Assembly (NCBI GenBank): GCA_034530875.2
Contig: JAVRCJ020000013.1
Coordinates: 1-64,000 of the forward strand
Length of the DNA stretch: 64,000 nucleotides
Source: Nostoc sp. DedSLP01
GTDB taxonomy: Bacteria > Cyanobacteriota > Cyanobacteriia > Cyanobacteriales > Nostocaceae
Direction: 5' to 3'
In this document: in pieces, positions 7,785 through 18,273 of the stretch
Position numbering within the stretch: the first letter of the stretch is position 1
How the letters are laid out: the number at the start of each line of letters is the position of its first letter
The notes under the pieces: model-generated
What the model saw: the letters and a program-made list of their open reading frames with translations, nothing else
Databases searched by the model: none
Told to the model about the DNA's origin: nothing
Made by a program: the position numbers and the translations under genes

Positions 7785-8885
7785 ATGACAATTTATAGAC
7801 CCTTAAGCTTAATAGCAGAATTAACCTATCGCTGCCCACTGCGTTGTCCCTACTGCTCCAATCCGCTTAATTGTGGCGATAGCCAGTATCGCCAAGAACT
7901 TTCTACAGAGGATTGGTTGCGAGTAATTCAGGAAGCCACAAACTTGGGTGTGTTACAGCTTGGCTTAACCGGCGGCGAACCACTGCTACGAAAAGACCTA
8001 GAATTAATTGTGGCAGCCGCCGCCAAAGCGGAACTATATACTACTTTGATTACTGCTGCTACCTTATTAACTCCAGAACGAGCTACACAGCTGCGTGATG
8101 CCGGACTCGATCACGTACAAATTAGCATCCAAGATAGTCGTGCTGCTGAGTCGGACTATATTGCTGGAACTCCTTGTTTTGAGCAAAAACTAGAAGCAGC
8201 AAGATTAGTAAAAGCTTTGGGTTTTCCGCTGACACTGAATTTTGTCCTGCATCGGCAAAACCTAGACAGAATTGAGGAGATTTTAGAGCTGTGTGAGGTT
8301 TTAAAAGCAGACCGAGTTGAATTAGCGAACACTCAATATTATGGCTGGGCATATCGCAACCGTAATGTTTTACTACCTACCCGCGAACAGCTAAAACGAG
8401 CAGAGGTCGCAGTGGCAGAGGCAAGAAAGCGCAACATCTGCCCAATGGGGATTTTATACGTGCTGCCTGACTATTATGAAGATTACCCTAAACCATGTAT
8501 GGGTGGGTGGGGTCATCGAGCTTTAGTTGTCGCTCCCAATGGCGATGTTTTACCTTGCCAAGCCGCTAGTTCGATTCCAGAATTAGAATTTGCTAACGTC
8601 CGCAATCATTCACTAGATTGGATTTGGTTTGAATCATCTGCTTTTAATCGCTTCCGAGGAACAGAATGGATGCCTGAGCCTTGCCAAAGTTGCGATCGCC
8701 GCGAGATCGATTTCGGTGGTTGCCGTTGCCAAGCGTTACTTCTGACAAACAGTGCCGCTGCCACCGATCCTGTGTGTCATCTCTCACCACACCATCACCT
8801 GATTACCACAGCCACAAAGCAAGCAAATCAAGAAAACTTCGATTCCCGCCCACCTTTGGTTTATCGCTCGATGCAAATGCATTGA
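7785..8885 (+). CDS. pqqE: Radical SAM/SPASM peptide cyclase PqqE
   Basis: AELTYRCPLRCPYCSNP, GGEPL, ELANTQYYGWA, PKPCMGGWG, CQSC...GGCRCQA...DPVC. Confidence 0.96.
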   Translation: MTIYRPLSLIAELTYRCPLRCPYCSNPLNCGDSQYRQELSTEDWLRVIQEATNLGVLQLGLTGGEPLLRKDLELIVAAAAKAELYTTLITAATLLTPERATQLRDAGLDHVQISIQDSRAAESDYIAGTPCFEQKLEAARLVKALGFPLTLNFVLHRQNLDRIEEILELCEVLKADRVELANTQYYGWAYRNRNVLLPTREQLKRAEVAVAEARKRNICPMGILYVLPDYYEDYPKPCMGGWGHRALVVAPNGDVLPCQAASSIPELEFANVRNHSLDWIWFESSAFNRFRGTEWMPEPCQSCDRREIDFGGCRCQALLLTNSAAATDPVCHLSPHHHLITTATKQANQENFDSRPPLVYRSMQMH

Positions 8886-9175
8886 AGGAGGCAGGAGGCA
8901 TTAACTTTAGATATGCAAACTAGATGTTGAACAGCCTATCTCTTTTTTCTAAAAACTGTAGTGGCGTAAAAACCAATATATATTCTAGTTTACCGAACTT
9001 AAAGATTCCAGTAAACCGTAATATTTTTTCTGCTTAATTTAGTGCGGTAATCATCATTTTATTAGGTGAGGAATACCGAATTTATCGGAATTTTCACAAA
9101 GATAATATGAATGTGTAAGCACAAAGCGAAGTGCAAAAACGATTAAACAATAACTAATTAAACAGAGTCAGAATT

Positions 9176-9628
9176 ATGGCACTAGTTCGTTGGAATCCCT
9201 GGAGAGAAATTGACACTCTACAACGTCAAATCAACGGTTTATTTGAAGATACCAGAGTACCATCTACATTGTTTGACAGAGGCTTTATTAAAGTTCCTGC
9301 TGCTGAACTACAAGAAACTGATGATGCTCTGCACTTGAAGCTGGAACTGCCAGGAATCGACGCTAAAGACCTAGATATTCAAGTCACCCAAGATGCTGTT
9401 CGTATTAGTGGCGAGCGCAAGTCTGAAACTAAAACCGAAAACAATGGCACTACCAAGAGCGAATTTTACTACGGTAAATTCCAACGTGTAATTCCTCTAT
9501 CTGCTCGGATTCAAAATACCAATGTCACAGCAGATTATAAAGACGGTATCTTGAATTTAACACTGCCTAAGTCCGAGCAAGAAAAGAACAAAGTTGTCAA
9601 AGTTAATCTCGAACAACCTACTGCCTAA
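9176..9628 (+). CDS. Small heat shock protein (Hsp20)
   Basis: LELPGID, ISGERK, SEFYYGKFQRVIPL, ADYKDGILNLTLPK. Confidence 0.95.
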   Translation: MALVRWNPWREIDTLQRQINGLFEDTRVPSTLFDRGFIKVPAAELQETDDALHLKLELPGIDAKDLDIQVTQDAVRISGERKSETKTENNGTTKSEFYYGKFQRVIPLSARIQNTNVTADYKDGILNLTLPKSEQEKNKVVKVNLEQPTA

Positions 9629-9666
9629 TTGGTTGTAATGCGACTAGTTTACCTCCAATAATTCAT

Positions 9667-9775
9667 TAGACTTGTTGCAGAAATTGGGAAAAGGTTAAAG
9701 GCAAAGAAAAAATCCTTTCTGTTGAATATGTATCCCTTTCCCTCAAGAGTCCAAAAATTGTTTTGCAAGAGTCTA
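9667..9775. mobile_element. TAGAC...GTCTA-ended MITE-like element, copy 2
   Basis: TAGACTTGTTGCA ... TGCAAGAGTCTA; internal GGGAAAAGGTTAAAGG shared with copy 1. Confidence 0.6.
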
Positions 9776-9786
9776 TTGAGATAGCT

Positions 9787-9820
9787 AAAAGCCCAGTTCT
9801 GAGATGGCTGGGCTTTTTTT
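9787..9820 (+). terminator. Intrinsic terminator after hsp20
   Basis: AAAAGCCCAG...CTGGGCTTTT plus T tract. Confidence 0.7.
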
Positions 9821-10580
9821 GTGGCAATTGTCTGTGAGAGAGCAATGTTTACGACGAACTGTGCATAATAGTATCTCTACCCAAATTTATTGATGACTCG
9901 ATACATCTAAATGAGCGAAGGAATTATGGGGATTATTCAAGAGGCTTGAATCGATAGCAGAATAGCACACTTATTAACCGCTAACCGTTGATATTATTGG
10001 TTTTGGGTGTTGGGTGTCGAAAATGCAAATTAAAAAAATTTTTCACTTAATAGTTAATGACAACTAAACCAATAACTTTACAACTATATTTGTAAGACAA
10101 AATCCCATTAATATAGCAATATTGAACGAATGCTGAGGTTATCTTCTTATATAACCTGATTTTAGTTATTTTTCTTTTGTTTGCTAATGCTTATTGCTTA
10201 ATAAATCATCTTTAAAAAATCTACTTAAACACTTTATAGAAATAAAATTTTCTTAAGAACTACATAATTGTGTGGCAGATTTATGATAGTTATTAGCGAC
10301 CTAAATTTAATGCTTTTTTTTTTAGATAACCTGGCAAAGATTGGTTATGTATATGCCATAATGTCACGAGCTAGGCGTATATAAAGAAAGTTATTGTTAT
10401 ACTTCAACACCTAAGTGCGGAAGGTATCAGTATTGACTAAATAAAAATATAGTACTACTAGCTCAAACCGATCCATGAAAGACCGGATAAAGACCCATGC
10501 TATACCTAGCAATCCAAAGATTTGGGTCTAGATTTTGCTTATAGCAAAGTTGATTGAGTTATAGATTAGGAGGAAATTCG

Positions 10581-12437
10581 ATGCAATTGTTAGATTTGGC
10601 TAACCCTGAGGTTAAATTAACCTCTAAAACTGATAGTAACTTTATAGACTTAACAGCGGCTTACCCTCGACCATTGTTAAAGCGATCGCATTGGCAATCT
10701 TTAAATGGGCTGTGGAAATTCTCATTTGATGATGAGGGCAAATGTGTCGAACCCAGCGATCTAAGCCAATGGTCTCATCATATAGAAGTTCCCTTTGCGC
10801 CCGAATCTACCAAAAGTGGGATTGGTGATGAAGGTTTCCATCCCAACTGCTGGTACGAGCGCGAATTTGAAACACCATCAGGGGACGGCAGATTAATCTT
10901 ACATTTTGGTGCTGTGGACTATCGCGCTCGTGTGTGGGTAAACGATAAATACATAGGCGAGCATGAAGGCGGACACACCTCTTTCAGTTTCGATATTACT
11001 CGTGCCTTAAATCACAGCGGTACAACAAAGGTAACAGTGTGGGCGCACGACGATCCGCACGACCTCGCCAAACCTCGCGGTAAACAGGATTGGCAGTTGA
11101 AACCGCATAGTATTTGGTATCCTCGGACAACTGGTATTTGGCAGACAGTTTGGCTCGAGCGTGTAGCCGAAACTTATATTGGTAATCTTCGTTGGATTCC
11201 CGATTGCGAACGCTGGGAAATTGGCTTTGAAGCTGGGCTGGCTGGAAATTTACCGACTGCGGGCGTACAAATTAAAGTAAAACTTAGCACTGGCGATCGC
11301 GTCTTAGCCAGCGATACCTATGAAGTATTCAACGGGGAAATTACCCGCCGCATAGTTCTGGGCGACCCGGGGATTGACGACTGTCGTAATGAATTACTCT
11401 GGAGTCCAGAAAAGCCAACCCTAATAGATGCCCTAATTCAGCTATGGGATAAAGATATTCTTTTAGATGAAGTGCAATCTTATACAGCGATGCGGACTGT
11501 TAGCATTCAGCGCGATCGCTTTATGCTCAACGGTCGTCCCTATTATCTGCGGCTAGTTCTCGACCAAGGTTACTGGCCTGATACGTTAATGACTCCACCT
11601 AGCGACGACGCATTACGGCGTGATGTCGAACTTGCTAAAGCTATGGGTTTTAACGGTGTACGCAAACACCAAAAAATTGAAGACTCCCGCTTTTTATATT
11701 GGGCAGACGTTTTAGGGTTGTTAGTATGGGAGGAGATGCCCAGTGCTTACCGTTTCACGCCCAAAGCCGTGGAACGCATGACCCGTGAGTGGACGGAAAT
11801 CATTAAACGAGATGTCAGCCATCCATGTATTGTGGCGTGGGTGCCATTTAATGAATCCTGGGGAGTGCCAAATTTGGTTGAGACAGCCGCCCATCGTAAC
11901 TACGTATTGGCAATGTATCACCTAACTAAGACTCTCGATCCGACTCGCCCAGTAATTGGTAACGATGGTTGGGAAAGTACGGATACCGACATCCTCGCTA
12001 TTCACGACTACGATCGCAAGCCCGAGCGATTAGCCCATCGCTACAGACCAGATATTCAGATATCGGATTTATTTGAGCGTAGCCGTCCCGGAGGACGCAT
12101 CCTCACCTTGGATAACTATCCCCATCAAGGACAGCCAGTGATGTTAACCGAGTTTGGTGGTATCGCTTATGCTCCTCTCGACCAACCTAATGCCGATGGA
12201 GCTTGGGGATATGAAAACTGCTCGAATATCTCGGAATTAGAAATGAAATACGCTGCTTTGCTCAAAACAGTTAATGATATTGAGCTATTTAGCGGCTTTT
12301 GTTACACGCAATTGACAGATACTTTCCAAGAAGCCAATGGATTATTGTACGGCGATCGCACGCCGAAATTTCCCATTGAGGCAATCCGCGCTGCAACCCT
12401 CTCAGGACAAGGATTATGTACTCCCACAAGCTGTTAA
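10581..12437 (+). CDS. Glycoside hydrolase family 2 (beta-galactosidase/glucuronidase-like)
   Basis: SLNGLWKF, HFGAVDY, HEGG, GIWQTVWLE, RKHQK, acid/base FNESW, nucleophile LTEFGG. AGGAGG SD before ATG 10581, preferred over the TTG at 10554. Confidence 0.9.
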   Translation: MQLLDLANPEVKLTSKTDSNFIDLTAAYPRPLLKRSHWQSLNGLWKFSFDDEGKCVEPSDLSQWSHHIEVPFAPESTKSGIGDEGFHPNCWYEREFETPSGDGRLILHFGAVDYRARVWVNDKYIGEHEGGHTSFSFDITRALNHSGTTKVTVWAHDDPHDLAKPRGKQDWQLKPHSIWYPRTTGIWQTVWLERVAETYIGNLRWIPDCERWEIGFEAGLAGNLPTAGVQIKVKLSTGDRVLASDTYEVFNGEITRRIVLGDPGIDDCRNELLWSPEKPTLIDALIQLWDKDILLDEVQSYTAMRTVSIQRDRFMLNGRPYYLRLVLDQGYWPDTLMTPPSDDALRRDVELAKAMGFNGVRKHQKIEDSRFLYWADVLGLLVWEEMPSAYRFTPKAVERMTREWTEIIKRDVSHPCIVAWVPFNESWGVPNLVETAAHRNYVLAMYHLTKTLDPTRPVIGNDGWESTDTDILAIHDYDRKPERLAHRYRPDIQISDLFERSRPGGRILTLDNYPHQGQPVMLTEFGGIAYAPLDQPNADGAWGYENCSNISELEMKYAALLKTVNDIELFSGFCYTQLTDTFQEANGLLYGDRTPKFPIEAIRAATLSGQGLCTPTSC

Positions 12438-13519
12438 AGCCCGACGGACGCCAACTCAAATTATACAGTCGCTACCCAATTTCTAATCAGTTAGAAGCCC
12501 CCAGCCCTAGCAACGAGCCAGTGCAAGCTAATCCCCACCTGCGCTGGCACCCCTTGCGGGGGGAATGGGTAGCTTATGCCAGTCATCGTCAAGGGCGGAC
12601 ATTCATGCCACCCCCAGAATACAACCCCCTTGCACCTACTACTAACCCTGAGTTCCCAACGGAACTACCCCAAGGTAAGTACGACGTGGCAGTGTTCGAC
12701 AACCGCTTTCCCTCAATGGTTTCTACAGCCAACAATCCACCTCATACTATCGTGGAAACGTTGCCGGCTAATGGAGCCTGTGAGGTAGTGGTTTTTACCC
12801 AAGATGCCCGCGCTTCTCTGAGTTCCCTACAGTTGGATCATCTAGATTTGCTGTTGCAAGTATGGGGCGATCGCACCCGCGAACTCGGATTAAATCCGCA
12901 AATTCAATACGTGCTGCCCTTTGAAAATAAAGGTGTAGAAGTGGGTGTAACATTGCACCATCCCCACGGGCAAATTTACGCCTATCCTTTTGTACCACCC
13001 GTTCCAGCACGGATGCTGGCAATGCAGCAAGAGTATTATCAAGAACATCGGCGGGGTTTACTGCAAGACTTGATTCAGAAGGAAATTGCAGACGATCGAC
13101 GGATTATTTATCAAGATGAGTATGCGATCGCCTTTGTCCCAGTATGCGCCCGTTATCCTTATGAAGTCTGGCTTGCAACAAAAGAGCCAGTTGGCACCTT
13201 TACCGATTTGACTCCACAACAACGTTGGGGACTTGCCAAAGCCTTAAAAACTGTCACTCTTAAGTATGACGGCTTGTGGAATCGCCCATTTCCTTACTTG
13301 ATGGCTTGGTTTGGCGCGCCAACCGACGGTTTACCCCATCCAGAAGCGCATTTACACGCCCAGTTTTATCCCCCATATCGCACAAGCGAAAGGCTGAAGT
13401 ATCTCGCGGGAACCGAACTCGCAGCCGGGATGTTTGCCAATGATGCTTTACCAGAGGAAAAAGCCAAGGAACTACAAGCTGTGAAGGTGAATATTGAAGA
13501 GCCAGTTTCGGCGCGATAA
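12416..13519 (+). CDS. galT: Galactose-1-phosphate uridylyltransferase
   Basis: [28 protein letters not shown] active-site motif; overlaps the GH2 gene by 22 nt. Confidence 0.93.
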   Translation: MYSHKLLKPDGRQLKLYSRYPISNQLEAPSPSNEPVQANPHLRWHPLRGEWVAYASHRQGRTFMPPPEYNPLAPTTNPEFPTELPQGKYDVAVFDNRFPSMVSTANNPPHTIVETLPANGACEVVVFTQDARASLSSLQLDHLDLLLQVWGDRTRELGLNPQIQYVLPFENKGVEVGVTLHHPHGQIYAYPFVPPVPARMLAMQQEYYQEHRRGLLQDLIQKEIADDRRIIYQDEYAIAFVPVCARYPYEVWLATKEPVGTFTDLTPQQRWGLAKALKTVTLKYDGLWNRPFPYLMAWFGAPTDGLPHPEAHLHAQFYPPYRTSERLKYLAGTELAAGMFANDALPEEKAKELQAVKVNIEEPVSAR

Positions 13520-13573
13520 GCTGTTATATAGCTGTAGCCAGATAAGTTAGGACATATTCAAAGCTGACTTGTA

Positions 13574-13630
13574 AGTGGGGAGTAGGGAGTGGGGAGTAGG
13601 GAGTAGGGAGTGGGGAGTAGGGAGTGGGGA
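13574..13630. repeat. STRR heptamer array (GGGAGTA/GGGAGTG)
   Basis: About 8 tandem units visible. Confidence 0.85.
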
Positions 13631-13795
13631 AAGACCACTTTCATACTTGGTGGTGAAACTTGTTTCATCGTGACTGCCTGCCTCCTGCCTCCTGCCATAC
13701 CAAACAAAAATCCCCATAAAACCTGACGGTATAGAGGGGGATGATGGCTAAGGTCAGAAGATTTTTATAGGTTTCAACTGCAAGGGAGTTCTTAT

Positions 13796-16024
13796 TTACC
13801 CAAATTTACCAGCGGTTGAAGCTATCAGGAATGCTGCATAAGTCAGGACGTAGCCGACTGTGAAGTGAGCTAGACCTACTAACCAGCCTTGGACAATGGA
13901 CAAAGCAACGGGCTTATCTTTCCACTTAACTAAGTTAGCCAGCGGAGTGCGTTCGTGTGCCCAGACTAGAGTTTCAATTAACTCTTGCCAGTAGCCACGC
14001 CAGCTAATGAGGAACATGAAACCAGTTGCCCAAACTAAGTGTCCGAAGAGGAACATCCAAGCCCAGACAGATAAATTACTTGTACCGTAGGGGTTGTAAC
14101 CGTTAATTAACTGAGCAGAGTTAGCCCAGAGGTAATCGCGGAACCAACCCATGAGGTATGTAGAGTTCTCATTGAATTGAGCGACGTTACCTTGCCAAAC
14201 GCCTAGATGCTTCCAGTGCCAGTAAAAAGTTACCCAGCCCAGGAGATTCAACATCCAGAACATAGCAAGATAGAAAGATTGTTCCCAAGAGGAAGTTTGG
14301 CAAGTACCGCCTCGACCAGGGCCATCACAGGGGAAGGTGAAGCCGAAGTCTTTTTTATCAGGCATCAATTTGGTACCGCGTGCATCCAAGGCACCCTTGA
14401 CACAAATCAATGTGGTGGTGTGCAGACCTAGAGCGATCGCATGGTGAACCAGGAAATCACCAGGGCCAATTGTCAAGAACAAGGAATTAGTACCGGCGTT
14501 AATCGCATCTACCCAGTTTGGTAACCAGACGTTACCGTAATTGGGCCAAGCTGTAGAGGCAATGCTATCTGGGTTAGATAATAAAGCATCCATACCATAC
14601 AGCAGTTTGCCGTGAGCAGATTGGATGAATTGAGCAAATACTGGCTCAATCAAAATTTGCTTTTCGGGAGTACCAAAGGCAACGACAACATCATTGTGGA
14701 CGTATAGCCCAAGGGTATGAAAGCCCAAGAATAGCGACACCCAACTCAGGTGAGAAATAATCGCTTCTTTGTGCTTGAGTACGCGGTCAAGGACGTTGCC
14801 TTTGTTTTGCTCTGGGTCGTAGTCTCGTACCCAGAAAATACCCGCGTGGGCAAACGCACCAATCATCAAGAACCCAGCTATGTACTGGTGATGAGTGTAC
14901 AGTGCCGCCTGTGTTGTGTAGTCCTTAGCGATGAAGGCGTAAGGAGGCAGCGAGTACATGTGCTGTGCGACTAACGAGGTAACAGTTCCCAACGCTGCCA
15001 AGTGTATGGATAACTGGAAGTGCAAGGAGTTGTTATAGGTGTCGTAAAGTCCTTGGTGCGGTAAGTTGAACTGACCTTCAGTAGGAACGCCAAAGAAATT
15101 TCTGGAGTTGAGCATTTCTTTGATGCTGTGACCAATCCCGAAGTTAGTCCGATACATGTGACCGGCAACAATAAAGATGACTGCGATCGCTAAATGGTGA
15201 TGAGCTATATCGGTCAACCACAACGATTCAGTTTGGGGATGAAAACCACCCAAGAAAGTCAAAATTGCCGTTCCTGAACCTTGGGATGTGCCAAACAGAT
15301 GCCCTGGAGTATCAGGATTCTGGGCATATACACCCCAATCGCCTCTCCAGAAAGGTGCTAAACCTGCTGGGTGCGGCAAAGTTGTGAGAAAATTATTCCA
15401 ACCAACATGCACCCCACGAGATTCGGGGATAGCAACGTGAACTAGGTGTCCTGTCCAAGCTAGAGAGCTAACACCAAATAAACCTGCTAAGTGGTGATTC
15501 AAACGAGGTTCAGCACTCTTGAACCAAGCCAAACTAGGGCGGTACTTGGGTTGCAAGTGCAGCCAACCAGCAAACAAGAACAATGCTGCTAACAATAGGA
15601 GGAAGACCGAACCCTGATAGAGGTCATTGTTCGTCCGCATCCCAATGGTGTACCACCAGTGGTAGACACCAGAGTAAGCAATGTTAACAGGATTGCTAGC
15701 GCCACCTTGGGTAAAAGCTTCTACTGCTGGTTTACCAAAGTGGGGGTCCCAGATAGCGTGAGCGATTGGACGAATATGCAGCGGATCTTTAATCCACTGT
15801 TCAAAGTTACCTTGCCACGCTACGTGGAACAACAAACTAGAAGCCCACAGAAAAATGATTGCTACGTGACCGAAATGAGTAGCGAAAATCTTTTGGTAAA
15901 GATTTTCTTCGGTCATGCCATCATGGCTTTCAAAATCATTTCCCGTAGCGATCGCGTACCAGATCCGACGCGTAGTCGGGTCTTGTGCGAGATCCTGGTT
16001 AAATTTTGGATACTTTGTGGCCAT
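13796..16024 (-). CDS. psaB: Photosystem I P700 apoprotein A2, stand-alone divergent copy (PsaB2 type of heterocystous cyanobacteria)
   Basis: [33 protein letters not shown]. No psaA upstream. Variant [11 protein letters not shown] and VQGWLVG segments. Confidence 0.97.
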   Translation of the reverse strand: MATKYPKFNQDLAQDPTTRRIWYAIATGNDFESHDGMTEENLYQKIFATHFGHVAIIFLWASSLLFHVAWQGNFEQWIKDPLHIRPIAHAIWDPHFGKPAVEAFTQGGASNPVNIAYSGVYHWWYTIGMRTNNDLYQGSVFLLLLAALFLFAGWLHLQPKYRPSLAWFKSAEPRLNHHLAGLFGVSSLAWTGHLVHVAIPESRGVHVGWNNFLTTLPHPAGLAPFWRGDWGVYAQNPDTPGHLFGTSQGSGTAILTFLGGFHPQTESLWLTDIAHHHLAIAVIFIVAGHMYRTNFGIGHSIKEMLNSRNFFGVPTEGQFNLPHQGLYDTYNNSLHFQLSIHLAALGTVTSLVAQHMYSLPPYAFIAKDYTTQAALYTHHQYIAGFLMIGAFAHAGIFWVRDYDPEQNKGNVLDRVLKHKEAIISHLSWVSLFLGFHTLGLYVHNDVVVAFGTPEKQILIEPVFAQFIQSAHGKLLYGMDALLSNPDSIASTAWPNYGNVWLPNWVDAINAGTNSLFLTIGPGDFLVHHAIALGLHTTTLICVKGALDARGTKLMPDKKDFGFTFPCDGPGRGGTCQTSSWEQSFYLAMFWMLNLLGWVTFYWHWKHLGVWQGNVAQFNENSTYLMGWFRDYLWANSAQLINGYNPYGTSNLSVWAWMFLFGHLVWATGFMFLISWRGYWQELIETLVWAHERTPLANLVKWKDKPVALSIVQGWLVGLAHFTVGYVLTYAAFLIASTAGKFG

Positions 16025-16175
16025 GTATTTTAGTCACATCCTCTTATACGCTAATCCAAGTTACTAGCTTTAATAAGCCAGCAACTTTTTGCAATTGAAT
16101 CAGCACTCTTTCAGCTTTAAATTCGAGTTCAATCTAATAGCAAAAGCTGATGAGTATTTAGAGAAAAACACGGTT

Positions 16176-16351
16176 ACAGCAGAATTCAAAACAAGGCAGT
16201 TAGTTGGGCGGGTTTCCTAATTTTTATACCTTTTGAAAACCCGCAGGGTAGTAACTGCCGTTCAGAATTGGTGAATTCAAAAGTAAAACAGGCTTTATAC
16301 CTGGCTACCTGAAAAATTGTTGTGTACTTCGCTTTCCTTAGAATCTGCTGT
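16176..16351. mobile_element. MITE-like element upstream of psaB with a nested palindromic repeat
   Basis: Ends ACAGCAGAATTC / GAATCTGCTGT; inner GGCAGTTA..GCGGGTTT..AAACCCGC..TAACTGCC. Confidence 0.55.
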
Positions 16352-16668
16352 CATTCTTGCACTTACATTTTTGACGGTATGATGCAATTCATTTCTATTA
16401 CAGTAATAAACTAATTAATTAGTACTACTTCCATCTAACTAACGGAGGATATTTCTGTTAAATGAACTTGTAGCATTAACAACACTGCCAAAAACGCAAA
16501 AGCTATCACATTTTTTAGGGAAATAAGCTTAAAATTTTGTAAATATGTATGGTAAAAATGATTTTATAGCAAAACATAACAAAAAATTAAGCTCAAGTTG
16601 ATCTAGAGATTAAGAGACTGTGAGCTTAAGAATATATACTCATTGTTGGACTAAATTAAACAAATTGT

Positions 16669-16911
16669 TCAGGGATTAATAATTCCGTAGTAAATAGCGA
16701 TAACAATTAATAAACTAGCCAATATAATCCCGGTAAAAGCATAGCGAACTAGTGGGTTAGGTAAATCCCGATTGGTGATTACATTATCTTTTTGCACCTG
16801 AGTTACAGGCTCAGATTCAGTAGTTTCTTGAGGATTGATATTCTCAGACATATTGTCTGCGACGGAAATATTATTCTTTGCTCTTGTGTTTTGATTCTCT
16901 TGGGATTTCAT
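16669..16911 (-). CDS. Small hypothetical protein with a C-terminal TM helix
   Basis: Polar N-terminus, then YAFTGIILASLLIVIAIYYGII. Confidence 0.65.
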   Translation of the reverse strand: MKSQENQNTRAKNNISVADNMSENINPQETTESEPVTQVQKDNVITNRDLPNPLVRYAFTGIILASLLIVIAIYYGIINP

Positions 16912-17426
16912 GGGCTTTTTTCATATCTTTGTAGTTGGTGCGCTTTCATAGTTTCAAAGATTGGCTCCTGACTCATCTTTCTTGAGAGTTAGCTTGGCTG
17001 AAGTGCAGTTCCCCTATAGGCTTAATCGATATGAAGTGGAACTGTAATTACAAACACAGTAAAGAAAAATTTATAATCAATTATTTAGATGTAAAGTGTG
17101 TTAAAGCATAGGCTAATGTACCGTCAACTAAAGGTGCGGTACTTGGCTGCAACGCACTCTATATGTGAAAAACTAGATTTTTTCTAATTTCCTCTGTAGT
17201 TAATATTTTTGAAGGCATAAAAAGTATATGAGTAAAAATACTCGTAGAGCTTTGTTATATTGCAAGCTATTTAGCATAAATGCTATTTTTTTTCAAAAAT
17301 CAAAATATATGCAAAAATAATTTTAATAATTTGCACGAGGTGTAGATTATCTTAAAATAGCTGTAATCTAACTATTCCTCTTCTAAAATGTTAGACTACT
17401 ATTAATATACCAAAAAAAATAATAAG

Positions 17427-17714
17427 ATGAAAATTCGAGGAATAAAACGAGGTACAAATATAGAGATACTAGAGCAACTAAATAATATTCCAGATGGAAC
17501 AGAAATAATTATAGACTTAGAATTTATTGATAAGCAAATACCCGAAGTAAAAGTAAATTTGACGGAAGAAGAAAAATTATCTAAATTAAATAAATTATTC
17601 GGAGTCTGGAAAAACCAACCAGATTTAACAGAAATATTTGCAGAGATTGACCAACAACGCCATACCTACCAAGGTAGAAACATAGACTCAATTTCAAATC
17701 AGGATAACGGCTAA
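17427..17714 (+). CDS. Putative type II antitoxin
   Basis: 95 aa; TAATG stop/start overlap with a downstream PIN-domain frame. Confidence 0.7.
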   Translation: MKIRGIKRGTNIEILEQLNNIPDGTEIIIDLEFIDKQIPEVKVNLTEEEKLSKLNKLFGVWKNQPDLTEIFAEIDQQRHTYQGRNIDSISNQDNG

Positions 17715-18108
17715 TGTATCTGTTAGACACTAACATTTGAATTGCACTTCTCAAAGAAAACCGCCAAACAGTAAAAAAATTTAATCGCTATTTTAGCCAA
17801 TGCTATCTATCAACAATTATAGTTGCAGAACTTTATAAAGGCGTTTATTATTCTCAACAGGTGTTGAATAACCTGGAAAATTTACAGCAGTTTACTGAAC
17901 TATTACCTATAGAACCATTTGACCTAGCAGCAGCTATTGAATTTGGAAAAATTCAAAGCGAACTAAAAAAATTGGTAAACCAACTGGAGAATTAGATGCG
18001 TTAATTGCTGCTGTTGTTCGTTCTCGGAATGATATTCTCGTAACTAATAATATCAAAAATTTTAGCAATATTCCTAACTTACAATTAGAGAACTGGTTAG
18101 AAAATTAA
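17714..18108 (+). pseudogene. vapC: VapC/PIN toxin pseudogene (nonsense plus frameshift)
   Basis: MYLLDTNI then TGA at 17738-17740. Continues ...STIIVAELYKG.... An A7 run at 17965-17971 shifts the frame; adding one A gives IGKPTGELDALIAA...LVTNNIKNFSNIPNLQLENW. Confidence 0.88.
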
Positions 18109-18273
18109 ATATATATTAATACAATTGATACACTGCCATACCAGGATTGTTGAATAATCCAGCGGTAATTGCGATCGCTAGTATTCCATTTTGAATACCT
18201 ACCTCAGACAGACGCAGACAGATACATATAAATTTCATAATTATCTGTATCCATCTGTGGTTACTAATTTTCT

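Noticed and set aside
13574..13630. Tandem arrays as CRISPR
   Set aside because: 7-bp units with no unique spacers and no cas genes; these are STRRs.
13796..16024. Far-red (FaRLiP) psaB
   Set aside because: No psaA, rfpABC, chlF or far-red apc/psb paralogs nearby.
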